A stretch of 64,000 nt of DNA from Acidobacteriota bacterium (lineage in GTDB: Bacteria > Acidobacteriota > UBA6911), in assembly GCA_963664705.1 (NCBI GenBank), contig OY761556.1, positions 3,296,001 through 3,360,000 on the forward strand, given 5' to 3'. The notes beneath the pieces were generated by a model, which saw only the letters and a program-made list of their open reading frames with translations, did not search any database and had not been told where the DNA came from. The translations under genes and the position numbers were made by a program. Positions 17,560 through 27,334 of the stretch are shown in pieces; positions within the stretch are counted from its first letter, which is position 1, and every line of letters begins with the position of its first letter.

Positions 17560-18642
17560 CTATTCAATGATCATCGTGTTGCTGTTGCTCAAATTCGCAA
17601 TACTCACCTGAACAGCTACTTTTTCGGCTACTTCCAGAAATGCTTTTGCCGCGGGAGATTCTCTATTCACAGCCACAACAGGCTTCCCTGCGTCCCCGCC
17701 TTCGCGGACCGACATGTTTAGAGGAATTTCTCCGAGGAAAGGCACTCCGAACTTATTTGCAGTCTCCGCGGCTCCGCCATGGCTGAATATATGGGTGCGT
17801 TCGTTGCAGTTGGGACACTGGAAATAGGACATGTTCTCAACGATGCCCAAGACCTCGACTCGAACCTGCCGAAACATCAGAATAGCTTTCCGAGCGTCCT
17901 GTAATGCGACATCCTGGGGAGTGCTGACCACGATTGCGCCCATCAACGGAACGGTCTGGGTCAGGCTCAGTTGCACATCGCCGGTGCCGGGCGGCAGATC
18001 GATCAGAAGGTAATCCAGTTGGCCCCAGTCGACCTGACGCAGAAACTGCTGAATGACATTGTGAAGCATCGGGCCGCGCCAGATCAGCGGCGTATCATCG
18101 CTGGTGAGGAAGCCCATGGACATCACACGAACGCCATAATTTGAAAGAGTCTGAATCCGATCTTCGACCGCATAGGGGCGACCGGTGATTCCCATCATCA
18201 GCGGCACATTGGGTCCGTAAATATCCGCATCCATCAGGCCGACGCTGGCTCCGGTCTGTGCAAGAGCGACCGCAAGGTTGACGGTGACGGTGCTTTTTCC
18301 GACCCCTCCCTTTCCGCTTCCGACGGCAATGATATTCTTAACGCCTTCGATGGATTGCTTGCCGGCAGGGGCGGTACCGCGGGATACGGCGGCGCTCATG
18401 CGGATGTCCACTTCCTGCACCCCCTCCACCTTGAGCACGGCTTCACGGGCCCACTGCTGCATTTGGTCCTTCACGGGACACGCCGGAGTGGTCAATTCTA
18501 TGGTGAACGAAACTTTGCCGCCGTCGATCGTCAGATCCTTGATGAAGTTGAGCGTGACAATGTCTTTGTGCAGGTCGGGATCCTGGACGGTTCGCAGCGC
18601 GTCGAGTATTGATTTCTCCGAAGGATTGTTTTTGCTGGCCAT
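17560..18642 (-). CDS. apbC: Mrp/ApbC Fe-S cluster carrier ATPase
   Basis: DUF59 N-terminus (LTTPACP), SGKGGVGKST, WRGPM, DLPPGTGD, ENMS..CPNC. Confidence 0.95.
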   Translation of the reverse strand: MASKNNPSEKSILDALRTVQDPDLHKDIVTLNFIKDLTIDGGKVSFTIELTTPACPVKDQMQQWAREAVLKVEGVQEVDIRMSAAVSRGTAPAGKQSIEGVKNIIAVGSGKGGVGKSTVTVNLAVALAQTGASVGLMDADIYGPNVPLMMGITGRPYAVEDRIQTLSNYGVRVMSMGFLTSDDTPLIWRGPMLHNVIQQFLRQVDWGQLDYLLIDLPPGTGDVQLSLTQTVPLMGAIVVSTPQDVALQDARKAILMFRQVRVEVLGIVENMSYFQCPNCNERTHIFSHGGAAETANKFGVPFLGEIPLNMSVREGGDAGKPVVAVNRESPAAKAFLEVAEKVAVQVSIANLSNSNTMIIE

Positions 18643-18654
18643 GGTTAACTCTTT

Positions 18655-18870
18655 CTATTTGCGAAAAATGTACATGATTAGAGTGAAAAGGACGCTTATG
18701 AGAATGCAGGTTGTCACAGGGAAGTAAAAGGAAAAGCTGCCGCGCCGAACCCGGATATCCCCCGGGAGGCGACCCAGGCCCAGGTTCGAAAACAGATGCG
18801 AATAATTTATCAGCAGGCCGGACAGCAAAAGCACGACCCCCGCGGCTATCAGCACTTTCCCAGTACTCAT
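18655..18870 (-). CDS. DUF2905 family small membrane protein
   Basis: GRLPGDI...FYFPVTTCILIS. Confidence 0.9.
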   Translation of the reverse strand: MSTGKVLIAAGVVLLLSGLLINYSHLFSNLGLGRLPGDIRVRRGSFSFYFPVTTCILISVLFTLIMYIFRK

Positions 18871-18900
18871 ATTATTGATTTTAGAGGATCAGGCGGCATT

Positions 18901-18983
18901 TACGAATGACGATTTACGCTGGATGACTGACGATGGTCTTCAAAAGCATGAAGCCATCGCCAATCATCCAGCGTCATTCGTCA
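18901..18983. repeat. Inverted repeat built from 7-mer units (GACGATT/AATCGTC family)
   Basis: Five degenerate 7-mers, a loop, and four complementary 7-mers; the right end overlaps the ndk stop codon. Confidence 0.7.
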
Positions 18984-19397
18984 ATTGGTTTCCAGTTGGT
19001 TGAAGAAGTAGGCGGTTTCGAATGCAGCCGTTTCCGGGGCATCCGAACCGTGTGTGGTGTTGCGTTCAATGGATTGACCGAAATCTTTTCGGATGGTGCC
19101 CGCGGCCGCCTTGGCGGGATCGGTTGCGCCCATCAGTTCACGCCAGCGCAGAATGGCCCCTTCGCCGCTCAAAATCATGAGAACGACGGGCCCCTCAGCC
19201 ATGAACGCAGTCAGGCTGGCGAAAAAGGGTCTTTCCTTGTGAACGGCATAAAAGCCTTCAACCTGTTTCTGCGACAGGTGAAGCATCTTCATGGCCTTGA
19301 TCTTCAATCCGCTCGCTTCAATTCGCTGAATGACAGCCCCGACAAGATTGCGGGCAACCCCATCGGGCTTGATAATCGCTAGTGTCTGCTCTACCAC
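18981..19397 (-). CDS. ndk: Nucleoside diphosphate kinase
   Basis: [25 protein letters not shown]. Confidence 0.97.
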   Translation of the reverse strand: MVEQTLAIIKPDGVARNLVGAVIQRIEASGLKIKAMKMLHLSQKQVEGFYAVHKERPFFASLTAFMAEGPVVLMILSGEGAILRWRELMGATDPAKAAAGTIRKDFGQSIERNTTHGSDAPETAAFETAYFFNQLETN

Positions 19398-19406
19398 GAA
19401 TTTCTC

Positions 19407-20273
19407 CTATAATAGTTTTGAAACTGCTTCGCCGATATCGGCCGGGCTCAGGACAACGTGAATCCCGCACTGCTGCATTTTTTCAATTTTTTCGGCTGCA
19501 GTGCCCTTGCCGCCGGCAATAATAGCACCGGCGTGCCCCATCCGTCGTCCCGGAGGCGCCGTTCTTCCGGCAATAAACCCTACCACAGGCTTCTTGACAT
19601 TCGCCTTTATAAAATCGGCCGCTTCCTCTTCCGCCGTGCCGCCGATCTCGCCAACCATAACAATGGCGTGCGTGTCGGGATCATTATTGAACATGGTCAG
19701 GGCATCAATAAAGCTGGTCCCGATGATCGGATCCCCGCCAATCCCGATACAGGTGGATTGCCCGATATTTCTGGTCGTCATCTGGTGCACGGCTTCATAG
19801 GTCAGGGTGCCGCTGCGGGAAACCAGTCCCACATGCCCCTCCTTGAATACCTGTCCCGGCATGATCCCGATTTTGCATTTTCCGGGTGAAATGACACCGG
19901 GGCAATTCGGCCCGATCAGGCGACTCTTGGATTCGGCGAGCACGGTCATCGTCCGCACCATGTCAAAAGTCGGAATACCCTCGGTGATGCAAATAACCAG
20001 AGGCAAATTCGCGGATGCTGATTCCATGATGGCATCGGCCGCAAATGGAGGAGGAACAAAGATGACGCTGGCATTTGCCCCTTCCTTTTCCACCGCCTCC
20101 TCAACCGTGTTGAAAATGGGGATGCCTTCGTAAGAGGTTCCCCCTTTGCCGGGCGTAATGCCGGCAACAACATTTGTGCCGTAAGCCTTGCACTGCAGTG
20201 CGTGAAAAGAACCTTCTTTCCCCGTAATTCCCTGTACCGCCAGACGCGTGCTTTTATCGACTAGGATGGACAA
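19407..20273 (-). CDS. sucD: Succinyl-CoA synthetase alpha subunit
   Basis: [31 protein letters not shown]. Confidence 0.97.
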   Translation of the reverse strand: MSILVDKSTRLAVQGITGKEGSFHALQCKAYGTNVVAGITPGKGGTSYEGIPIFNTVEEAVEKEGANASVIFVPPPFAADAIMESASANLPLVICITEGIPTFDMVRTMTVLAESKSRLIGPNCPGVISPGKCKIGIMPGQVFKEGHVGLVSRSGTLTYEAVHQMTTRNIGQSTCIGIGGDPIIGTSFIDALTMFNNDPDTHAIVMVGEIGGTAEEEAADFIKANVKKPVVGFIAGRTAPPGRRMGHAGAIIAGGKGTAAEKIEKMQQCGIHVVLSPADIGEAVSKLL

Positions 20274-20284
20274 TGGAAACCTCC

Positions 20285-21442
20285 TTACTTGGCTAACGCA
20301 ACGACTTTATCTGCGGCATCCTTCATTCCCTCCGCCACCGTGAACTGAAGCCCCGAAGTGCGGAGTATTTCCTGCCCTTTCTCGACGTTTGTGCCTTCCA
20401 GGCGAACAACTACCGGGACCTTGATCCCAATGGCTTTTGCGGCGCCAACGACACCGCTGGCGACTATATCGCAGCGCATGATTCCGCCAAAGATATTGAT
20501 GAGGACAGCTTTGACATTGCCATCGCCCAGTATGATCTTAAAGGCATTCTTTACCTGAGCCTCGGTCGCGCCACCCCCGACATCCAAAAAATTAGCCGGG
20601 CTCCCACCCGCCAGCTTGATGATGTCCATGGTTGCCATGGCAAGGCCGGCACCGTTAACCATGCACCCAATATTCCCATCGAGGCGGATGTAATTAATGC
20701 TGTGCCGGGAGGCTTCTATTTCGAGGGGATCTTCTTCGTAGAAATCGCGGAAAGCGACAATATCTTTGTGTCTGTATAGCGCATTGTCGTCAAAGCCAAC
20801 CTTGGCATCGGCTGCATACAGTTTGCCCCCCTCCGTAAGCAGAAATGGATTGACCTCGACAAGAGTCGCGTCAACCGCCTCGAAAACCCGATAGAGCGAC
20901 TCGATGGCTTTTATCGCCTGGTTCAGCAAGTCTCCGCTCAAGCCGAGTTTGAATCCCATCTTTTTGGCCGCAAACGGTCTCAGGCCGACCGACGGATTCA
21001 CATACTCCTTGTAGATCAGGTCCGGCGTCTCGGCAGCAACCTTTTCTATATCCATGCCGCCAGCCGGAGACACCATAAGGACCGGACGCCGTGTGCCCCG
21101 ATCCATGATAATCCCCAGATAAAACTCCTTCTTTATCGCCAGCGTCTCCTCGATCAACACCCGCCGCACAATACGGCCCTCCGGCCCTGTCTGATGGGTC
21201 ACCAGCGTCATCCCGAGCATCTTATGCGCAATCTCCTCCGCTTCCGCAGGCGAGGATGCCAGTTTGACGCCGCCCCCCTTCCCGCGTCCGCCGGCATGAA
21301 TCTGCGCCTTTACCACGACGGAACCGCCCAGCCGGGACGCAGACTCGTAAGCCTCATAGGGATTGGAGGCTATTTCCCCACGAGGAACAGGAACACCGAA
21401 CTGCGCGAGTATCTGTTTGGCTTGAAACTCATGGATTTTCAC
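20285..21442 (-). CDS. sucC: Succinyl-CoA synthetase beta subunit
   Basis: [42 protein letters not shown]. Confidence 0.97.
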   Translation of the reverse strand: MKIHEFQAKQILAQFGVPVPRGEIASNPYEAYESASRLGGSVVVKAQIHAGGRGKGGGVKLASSPAEAEEIAHKMLGMTLVTHQTGPEGRIVRRVLIEETLAIKKEFYLGIIMDRGTRRPVLMVSPAGGMDIEKVAAETPDLIYKEYVNPSVGLRPFAAKKMGFKLGLSGDLLNQAIKAIESLYRVFEAVDATLVEVNPFLLTEGGKLYAADAKVGFDDNALYRHKDIVAFRDFYEEDPLEIEASRHSINYIRLDGNIGCMVNGAGLAMATMDIIKLAGGSPANFLDVGGGATEAQVKNAFKIILGDGNVKAVLINIFGGIMRCDIVASGVVGAAKAIGIKVPVVVRLEGTNVEKGQEILRTSGLQFTVAEGMKDAADKVVALAK

Positions 21443-21677
21443 AGTGATTGTTTCCTCATTCCCGTAAGCCCCCCTACGGATCTCTCGGGTTTATTGTGGA
21501 CTGATGTGGGAGCCTGAAACGGTAGGGAGTTTCAGGAGTACTGCCCATTCTATTGCACAGCGGCAAGCCGTTCAAAACAAAAATGTGCCCCAATTACAAT
21601 CACAGTTCATATATCGGCTGTCCCCGGAATATTCGTCGCTCGCATGAGTAAATTTGGTATCAAGCCTATGCAAGGCG

Positions 21678-21706
21678 TTGACGTCCTTGGGACGGTTTGG
21701 TAGTAT
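21678..21706 (+). promoter_or_regulatory. Sigma70-type promoter of tRNA-Glu
   Basis: TTGACG-17 bp-TAGTAT. Confidence 0.7.
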
Positions 21707-21717
21707 CTTGCGGTTGT

Positions 21718-21792
21718 GGCGCTATCGTCTAGGGGTCAGGACGGGTGGTTCTCAGCCATCAAACCAGGGTTCGATTCCCTGTAGCGCTACCA
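21718..21792 (+). tRNA. tRNA-Glu(CTC)
   Basis: Cloverleaf: GGCGCTA/TAGCGCT acceptor, GGTGG-TTCTCAG-CCATC anticodon arm, CAGGG-TTCGATT-CCCTG T arm, encoded CCA. Confidence 0.96.
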
Positions 21793-22003
21793 GCCCTCGC
21801 TGCAAGCCGAAAAACCAATCATTTACACAAAAGAATAGCAGGAAATGGGGCCTTGGAACGGCTTTATGTCGCCATTCCCGGCTTCTGACGCCAACCCGCC
21901 GCTGTCGCCTGCTTCTTCCCGGAGGCGCAAGCCAAAAGCTGCAATGAATGCTTGCATCTTGCCTTGAAACTCCTGCATCCTTAATTTTTTGCGAGAGAAA
22001 AAC

Positions 22004-23005
22004 ATGAGGACAACGGCTGAGGAGAAAAAGGTGGTTCTGGCGTCCCCGAGAGGGTTTTGCGCGGGAGTTGTCCGAGCCATCGATATCGTAAATCTTGCCC
22101 TCGAGGCATACGGTCCACCGATCTACGTTCGAAAGGAAATCGTACACAACAAGTTCGTCGTCAACGAACTGCATCTCAAGGGCATCATCTTTGTTAATGA
22201 GTTGGACGAAGTACCGATCGGCAGCCGTGTCATTTTCAGCGCGCATGGCGTTTCGCCTGATGTCACCGAGGCTGCATCAGCCCGCAACCTGCAGGTCATC
22301 GATGCGACCTGCCCCCTTGTGACCAAGGTGCATCGGGAGGCGATACGATACGCACGCCAGGACTTTACGATCATCCTGATCGGCCATGCAGACCACGACG
22401 AGGTCATCGGCACACTTGGAGAGGCGCCCACATCTATAATAGTCCTCAACCCCGAGGACAAGGTCGAAGGGCTGAAAGTACCGGATCCATCCAAGATAGC
22501 CTACCTTACCCAGACTACCCTGAGTCTGAACGAAACACGTTTCCTGGTCGAGAGACTCCGCCAGAGATTTCCCAGTATCATTGCTCCTGGTTCAGAGGAC
22601 ATCTGCTATGCGACCCAGAATCGCCAAAGCGCGGTCCTGGACCTGTCACAAAAACAAAGGGCTGAGTTGATTCTGGTCGTAGGATCTGCCAACAGCTCCA
22701 ATTCGCGCCGCCTGGTGGAAGTGGCCCGCAGTACCGGCGTACCGGCTTATCTCATTGATAACACGGAAGACATCCAACCCTCCTGGCTTGAAGGCATTCA
22801 CATCATCGGACTCACGGCCGGCGCATCGGCCCCCGAAGGCCTTGTTGGAAGAGTTGTTCAGTATCTGAATGAGCTTGGCTATCCACGGGTGGAAACCGCC
22901 GGGAATATCATCGAAAATGTCGAATTTTCCCTTCCGGAGGAACTCATTAAGACAGTTCAGGAACATAAATCACGCGACGAGAAATCGAAAAGAAATTTCC
23001 ACTGA
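22004..23005 (+). CDS. ispH: 4-hydroxy-3-methylbut-2-enyl diphosphate reductase
   Basis: PRGFCAGV, IVHN, SAHG, DATCPLV, QTT, DICYATQNRQ, SSNS, TAGASAP. Confidence 0.97.
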   Translation: MRTTAEEKKVVLASPRGFCAGVVRAIDIVNLALEAYGPPIYVRKEIVHNKFVVNELHLKGIIFVNELDEVPIGSRVIFSAHGVSPDVTEAASARNLQVIDATCPLVTKVHREAIRYARQDFTIILIGHADHDEVIGTLGEAPTSIIVLNPEDKVEGLKVPDPSKIAYLTQTTLSLNETRFLVERLRQRFPSIIAPGSEDICYATQNRQSAVLDLSQKQRAELILVVGSANSSNSRRLVEVARSTGVPAYLIDNTEDIQPSWLEGIHIIGLTAGASAPEGLVGRVVQYLNELGYPRVETAGNIIENVEFSLPEELIKTVQEHKSRDEKSKRNFH

Positions 23006-23150
23006 ATCCTTTAGGATTATTGGAAAAACCATGCGCTTGGGCTATAGTTGGGTATTTGTATAGACTTTGGGGCAGTACTTTCACAAATTTCGGGGGAAGA
23101 ACTGCGAAAAATGGTAGTTAGCGGGTACTCGCAGCGGGAAGACAGGGGCT

Positions 23151-24194
23151 ATGTCTGAAGAGCTCACATTTGTGACAGGGGCCACCGGCTTTGTAGGAAG
23201 CCATGTGGTACGACAGCTCCTCCGCCGGGGGGACCGCGTACGAATTCTGGCCCGTAATTCCAGCCGGAAGTCGAACATTGAGGCCTTTGGCTGCGAGGTT
23301 GCGATTGGAGACCTCCGCGATCCCATGTCGCTCTTGCGATGCGTCCAGGGATGTGGCCGTGTCTATCACGTCGCGGCGGATTATCGATTATGGGCGCGCA
23401 ATCCCCAGGATATTTACGACAATAATGTCGGCGGCACACGCAACCTGCTTTCAGCCTGCTGCGAAGCCGGAGTAGAGAAGGTAGTCTATACCAGTACTGT
23501 GGGAGCGATCGGGTTAAGAAAAGACGGCGTTCCTGCGGATGAAGATAGCCCGGTCAAGCTTGACGACATGATTGGGCATTACAAACGCTCCAAATTCATG
23601 GCCGAGCAGGTAGCCAAGGAATTTGCCGCATCCGGCTTGCCCGTGGTCATTGTCAATCCAACCACGCCTGTCGGTGCGGGGGATATAAAACCGACCCCGA
23701 CCGGAAGGATCATTCAGGAATTCATCAAAGGGCGGATGCGTGCCTATGTTGAAACAGGATTGAATATCGTCGGAGTAGAGGATGTGGCGCGAGGACATCT
23801 CCTGGCGGAGACCAACGGTCGCGTAGGAGAGCGTTACGTACTGGGCGGAGAAAACTGGAGTCTTGAAGAAATACTCGAGGCTCTTGCAAGAATTTGCGGC
23901 AGCAAATACACGCCACTTTTCCGGATTCCTTGGGCGCTCGCATTTGTGGCCGGAGTGGTGGAAAACTTTTTCGTGGGCACGCTTCTTCGGCGGGAACCGA
24001 TGATTCCCCTCGAAGGAGTACGGATGGCCCGGTATAAGATGTTTATCAGCAGCGAGAAGGCTCGCAACGAATTGGGATACAATCCGGAGCCGGCCGAAAA
24101 TGCCCTGCGGGAAGCGGTTGAATATTTCCAGCATCAATGGCAACCGGATTCGGCGCAGGACCGGATATCGAACCTGCACATCAAGACGATCTGA
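23151..24194 (+). CDS. hpnA: Hopanoid-associated sugar epimerase/SDR
   Basis: GATGFVG, HVAADYRLW, YKRSK, D.KPTPTG; adjacent to shc. Confidence 0.9.
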   Translation: MSEELTFVTGATGFVGSHVVRQLLRRGDRVRILARNSSRKSNIEAFGCEVAIGDLRDPMSLLRCVQGCGRVYHVAADYRLWARNPQDIYDNNVGGTRNLLSACCEAGVEKVVYTSTVGAIGLRKDGVPADEDSPVKLDDMIGHYKRSKFMAEQVAKEFAASGLPVVIVNPTTPVGAGDIKPTPTGRIIQEFIKGRMRAYVETGLNIVGVEDVARGHLLAETNGRVGERYVLGGENWSLEEILEALARICGSKYTPLFRIPWALAFVAGVVENFFVGTLLRREPMIPLEGVRMARYKMFISSEKARNELGYNPEPAENALREAVEYFQHQWQPDSAQDRISNLHIKTI

Positions 24195-24230
24195 CGCAGC
24201 GGCAAACGGATGGGAGATTTTCGGAGTACG

Positions 24231-25313
24231 ATGGCAAAAGAAACGCAGCCCGGCTTGAATGGGCGGAAGATGAGGGCGGCGGTGTATCGGGGTCCATCCA
24301 ATATTTCCATTGAGATGGTGCCGGTCCCTCCAATAGAAGATGGAGAGGTTCTGCTCCGCGTACAGGCATGTGGCGTGTGTGGGACCGATTTGAAGAAGAT
24401 CGAATACGGACTTGTGCCGCCACCGAGGATATTTGGGCATGAGATCGCGGGAACCATCGTGGAAACGGGTCGCAACGTAACCCGTTTCAAAGTCGGCGAC
24501 CGGGTTTCGACGCATCACCATATCCCCTGCCAGAAGTGCTTCTACTGCGAGAAGAAGCTGTTTTCGCAATGCGAATTCTACCGGCGCACCGGCACGACAG
24601 CCGGATTTGAGCCTTCGGGAGGAGGATTTGCTGAGTACGTTCGCATCATGGACTGGATTGTTGAACGGGGAACCATCCTGATTCCTGACGATGTAAGCTT
24701 CGAGGAAGCCAGTTTCCTGGAACCGCTCAACACATGCCTGAAAGCTTTGGAAACAGCAGCTCTGGAGCCGGGAGAAGTGGTCGTCGTATACGGGCAAGGT
24801 CCGGTGGGATTGCTGATGATGCAGGCAGCCGTTTGTGCCGGAGCACGCGTGATCGGGCTGGATTTCCTGCAAAGCCGACTGGATATTGCACGCGAGCTTG
24901 GAGCCCACATGGCGCTGCACCCGGAAAGAGACAACGTCAGCGAAGCCATCGGGCAATTGACCGAAGGCCGCGGCGCGGATCTGGCGATCGTGGCAGCGGC
25001 AAGCCCTCGAGCCATCGAGGATGCCCAACGGATCGTGCGGCGAGGGGGACGCGTGCTGCTCTTTGCACAGACGGTACCCGGCGAAATGATCCCGGTGGAC
25101 GCTTCCTGCATTTGTGTCGAAGAAAAGAAGCTTATCGGAAGCTACAGCGCCTCCATTGAGCTTCAGGAGCAAGCAGCCGACATGATTTTTACACGGAAGA
25201 TCAATGTGGCAAGGCTGATCAGCCACAGATTCGCACTGGAACTGCTCCCGGAAGGGATTCACCTGGCGTCTCATCCCTCTGAGCATTCGCTAAAGGTCGT
25301 GATACAGCCATGA
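24231..25313 (+). CDS. Zinc-dependent alcohol dehydrogenase (MDR)
   Basis: CGTD, GHE, C..C..C...C structural Zn site, GQGPVG; start uncertain (24210/24231/24270). Confidence 0.9.
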   Translation: MAKETQPGLNGRKMRAAVYRGPSNISIEMVPVPPIEDGEVLLRVQACGVCGTDLKKIEYGLVPPPRIFGHEIAGTIVETGRNVTRFKVGDRVSTHHHIPCQKCFYCEKKLFSQCEFYRRTGTTAGFEPSGGGFAEYVRIMDWIVERGTILIPDDVSFEEASFLEPLNTCLKALETAALEPGEVVVVYGQGPVGLLMMQAAVCAGARVIGLDFLQSRLDIARELGAHMALHPERDNVSEAIGQLTEGRGADLAIVAAASPRAIEDAQRIVRRGGRVLLFAQTVPGEMIPVDASCICVEEKKLIGSYSASIELQEQAADMIFTRKINVARLISHRFALELLPEGIHLASHPSEHSLKVVIQP

Positions 25314-26371
25314 GAGAATTGATGAAGGTTACCAGAGACAAGATGACCGCAGCCGTTCTATACGGAAAGCGTGATGTCCGTATCGAGCAGATCCCGATCC
25401 CTAGGATTGAAGCGGGTGAGGTCCTGGTGCGGATCAAAGCGGCGTTGACGTGCGGAACGGATCTGAAGGTTTATCGTCAGGGCTTTCATGCACGCATGAT
25501 TGTTCCGCCTTCCGTGTTCGGCCACGAGCTTTCGGGCGTAGTAGAGGAAGTCGGAGAGGGAGTGGAAAGTTTTTCGCCCGGCATGCGCGTCGTCTCCGCA
25601 AATTCCGGGCCTTGTAACGAGTGCTTCTACTGCGAGCGACACCTCGCCAATCTCTGTGAAAACCTGCAGTTCATCAACGGCGCCTATGCCGAATTCATCA
25701 AAATTCCAGAACCGATTGTGCGCCAGAACCTTCTGATACTTCCCGATAATGTGAGCTTCCGGGAAGCGGCGCTGGTGGAGCCTCTCGCCTGCGTTCTTCG
25801 CGCCGTGGAAAAAACCGGCGTCGAGGAGGGAGACACTGTCGTTGTGATCGGCGTGGGTCCCATCGGACTCATGTTTGTGCAGGCGCTCAAATCGATGGGC
25901 ACGCGCGTCATAGCCCTGGGCAACCGTAGCACTCAACTGAACATGGCGGAAATGATGGGGGCCGACTTTGTCATTGACTCCACGAAATCCAATGTAGTCG
26001 AGCAGGTGCGAAAAATAACCAGCGGCCGGCGTGGAGCGGATGTGGTTATTGAAGCGGTGGGCCTCAAGGAAACATGGCAGCAGGCCATGGGCATGGTCCG
26101 GCGCGGCGGCACGATCAACCTTTTCGGTGGATGCCCTTCAGGCACGCATATCCCGCTCGACAGCACCCTTATCCATTATTCCGAAATCACCATTAAAGCA
26201 AACTTCCATCACACCCCTCGCCATATCAGGGAAGCGTTGGATGCGATTCATCGCGGCAGAATCAATGCCCAGAAACTCATCACCGGAGAAGAACAACTCA
26301 GTGCCCTGGGCAGTGTTCTGGAAAGGCTGTTGAACCGGAACGGGGACCTCAAAATAGCGATTATCCCTTGA
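25310..26371 (+). CDS. Zinc-dependent alcohol dehydrogenase (MDR)
   Basis: CGTD, GHE, CNECFYC...C, GVGPIG. Confidence 0.9.
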   Translation: MRELMKVTRDKMTAAVLYGKRDVRIEQIPIPRIEAGEVLVRIKAALTCGTDLKVYRQGFHARMIVPPSVFGHELSGVVEEVGEGVESFSPGMRVVSANSGPCNECFYCERHLANLCENLQFINGAYAEFIKIPEPIVRQNLLILPDNVSFREAALVEPLACVLRAVEKTGVEEGDTVVVIGVGPIGLMFVQALKSMGTRVIALGNRSTQLNMAEMMGADFVIDSTKSNVVEQVRKITSGRRGADVVIEAVGLKETWQQAMGMVRRGGTINLFGGCPSGTHIPLDSTLIHYSEITIKANFHHTPRHIREALDAIHRGRINAQKLITGEEQLSALGSVLERLLNRNGDLKIAIIP

Positions 26372-26410
26372 CGCCATAATCGGAACTCCCTTAGTGTTCC
26401 AGAGAGATCC

Positions 26411-27286
26411 ATGGGACCGGAACTGATCGCCTCCTATAAATCCGCAGAAGCAGTCGCGCGCAATAGCCGCAGCAGTTTCTATTATTCCTTTCTCGTGCTC
26501 CCTCCTGAGAAGAAACGGGCATTTTGTGCCGTTTATGCCTTCATGCGTTATTGCGATGATATTTCCGACGGAGCGGACAGTACGGAAGCAAAATGTGAAA
26601 TGCTCCGCAAATGGCGCACGCAACTCGATGCGGTTTTTTCCGGAGCCACCGACGGCAACCCCATCTTCCCCGCCTTTCTGGATACAGCCAGAAGATATGA
26701 AATCCCCGCGGATTATTTCCACTGGGTGATCGACGGTGCAGAGATGGATCTGACCGTTACGCGATACGAGACATTCCAGGAGCTATACAAGTATTGCTTC
26801 AACGTTGCCTCCGCTGTTGGACTGGTTTGCCTGAAAATTTTCGGCTTCACCGGGCAGCAAGCCATGAAACATGCGGAAGAATGCGGCATTGCATTTCAAC
26901 TCACAAACATCCTGCGCGACGTGAAAGAAGACTCGGAACGAGGCCGGATTTATCTGCCCCTGGAGGATCTGCGCAAATTCGGATATACGCAAGATGAACT
27001 TCATTCAGGCGTTTTCGACAACCGCTTCTGCAGCCTCATGCAGTTTGAGACGCTGCGGGCAAGAGAATATTATGCCAGCGCCCGCAAGCTTATCCCGATG
27101 GTGGAACCCTCCAGCAGACCCGCACTCTGGGCCATGATCCAGATTTATGAACGAATTCTGGACAGGATCGTACAAAAGCAATTTGATGTATTCCGTTCAC
27201 CGATACACCTGGCCGGCGCAGAAAAGCTGTCCGTTGCATTGAAAGCAATGGCAATGCGTTTCATCCCCGGTCTGGCTTTGCGATAA
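26411..27286 (+). CDS. hpnD: Presqualene diphosphate synthase (squalene/phytoene synthase family)
   Basis: SSFYYSF, YAFMRYCDDISD, YC..VASAVG, QLTNILRDVKED..RGRIYLP. Confidence 0.85.
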   Translation: MGPELIASYKSAEAVARNSRSSFYYSFLVLPPEKKRAFCAVYAFMRYCDDISDGADSTEAKCEMLRKWRTQLDAVFSGATDGNPIFPAFLDTARRYEIPADYFHWVIDGAEMDLTVTRYETFQELYKYCFNVASAVGLVCLKIFGFTGQQAMKHAEECGIAFQLTNILRDVKEDSERGRIYLPLEDLRKFGYTQDELHSGVFDNRFCSLMQFETLRAREYYASARKLIPMVEPSSRPALWAMIQIYERILDRIVQKQFDVFRSPIHLAGAEKLSVALKAMAMRFIPGLALR

Positions 27287-27334
27287 CATAGAGGTCAACG
27301 CCGGATTCAGGATGTCCAGCGGGAGGGATCGGAA

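Noticed and set aside
21654-21947. ORFs overlapping tRNA-Glu
   Set aside because: Explained by the tRNA and its promoter; no protein features.
23514-25286. 590-aa minus-strand ORF
   Set aside because: Antisense shadow of hpnA and the Zn-ADH gene, which have clear motifs; it has no recognisable domain of its own.
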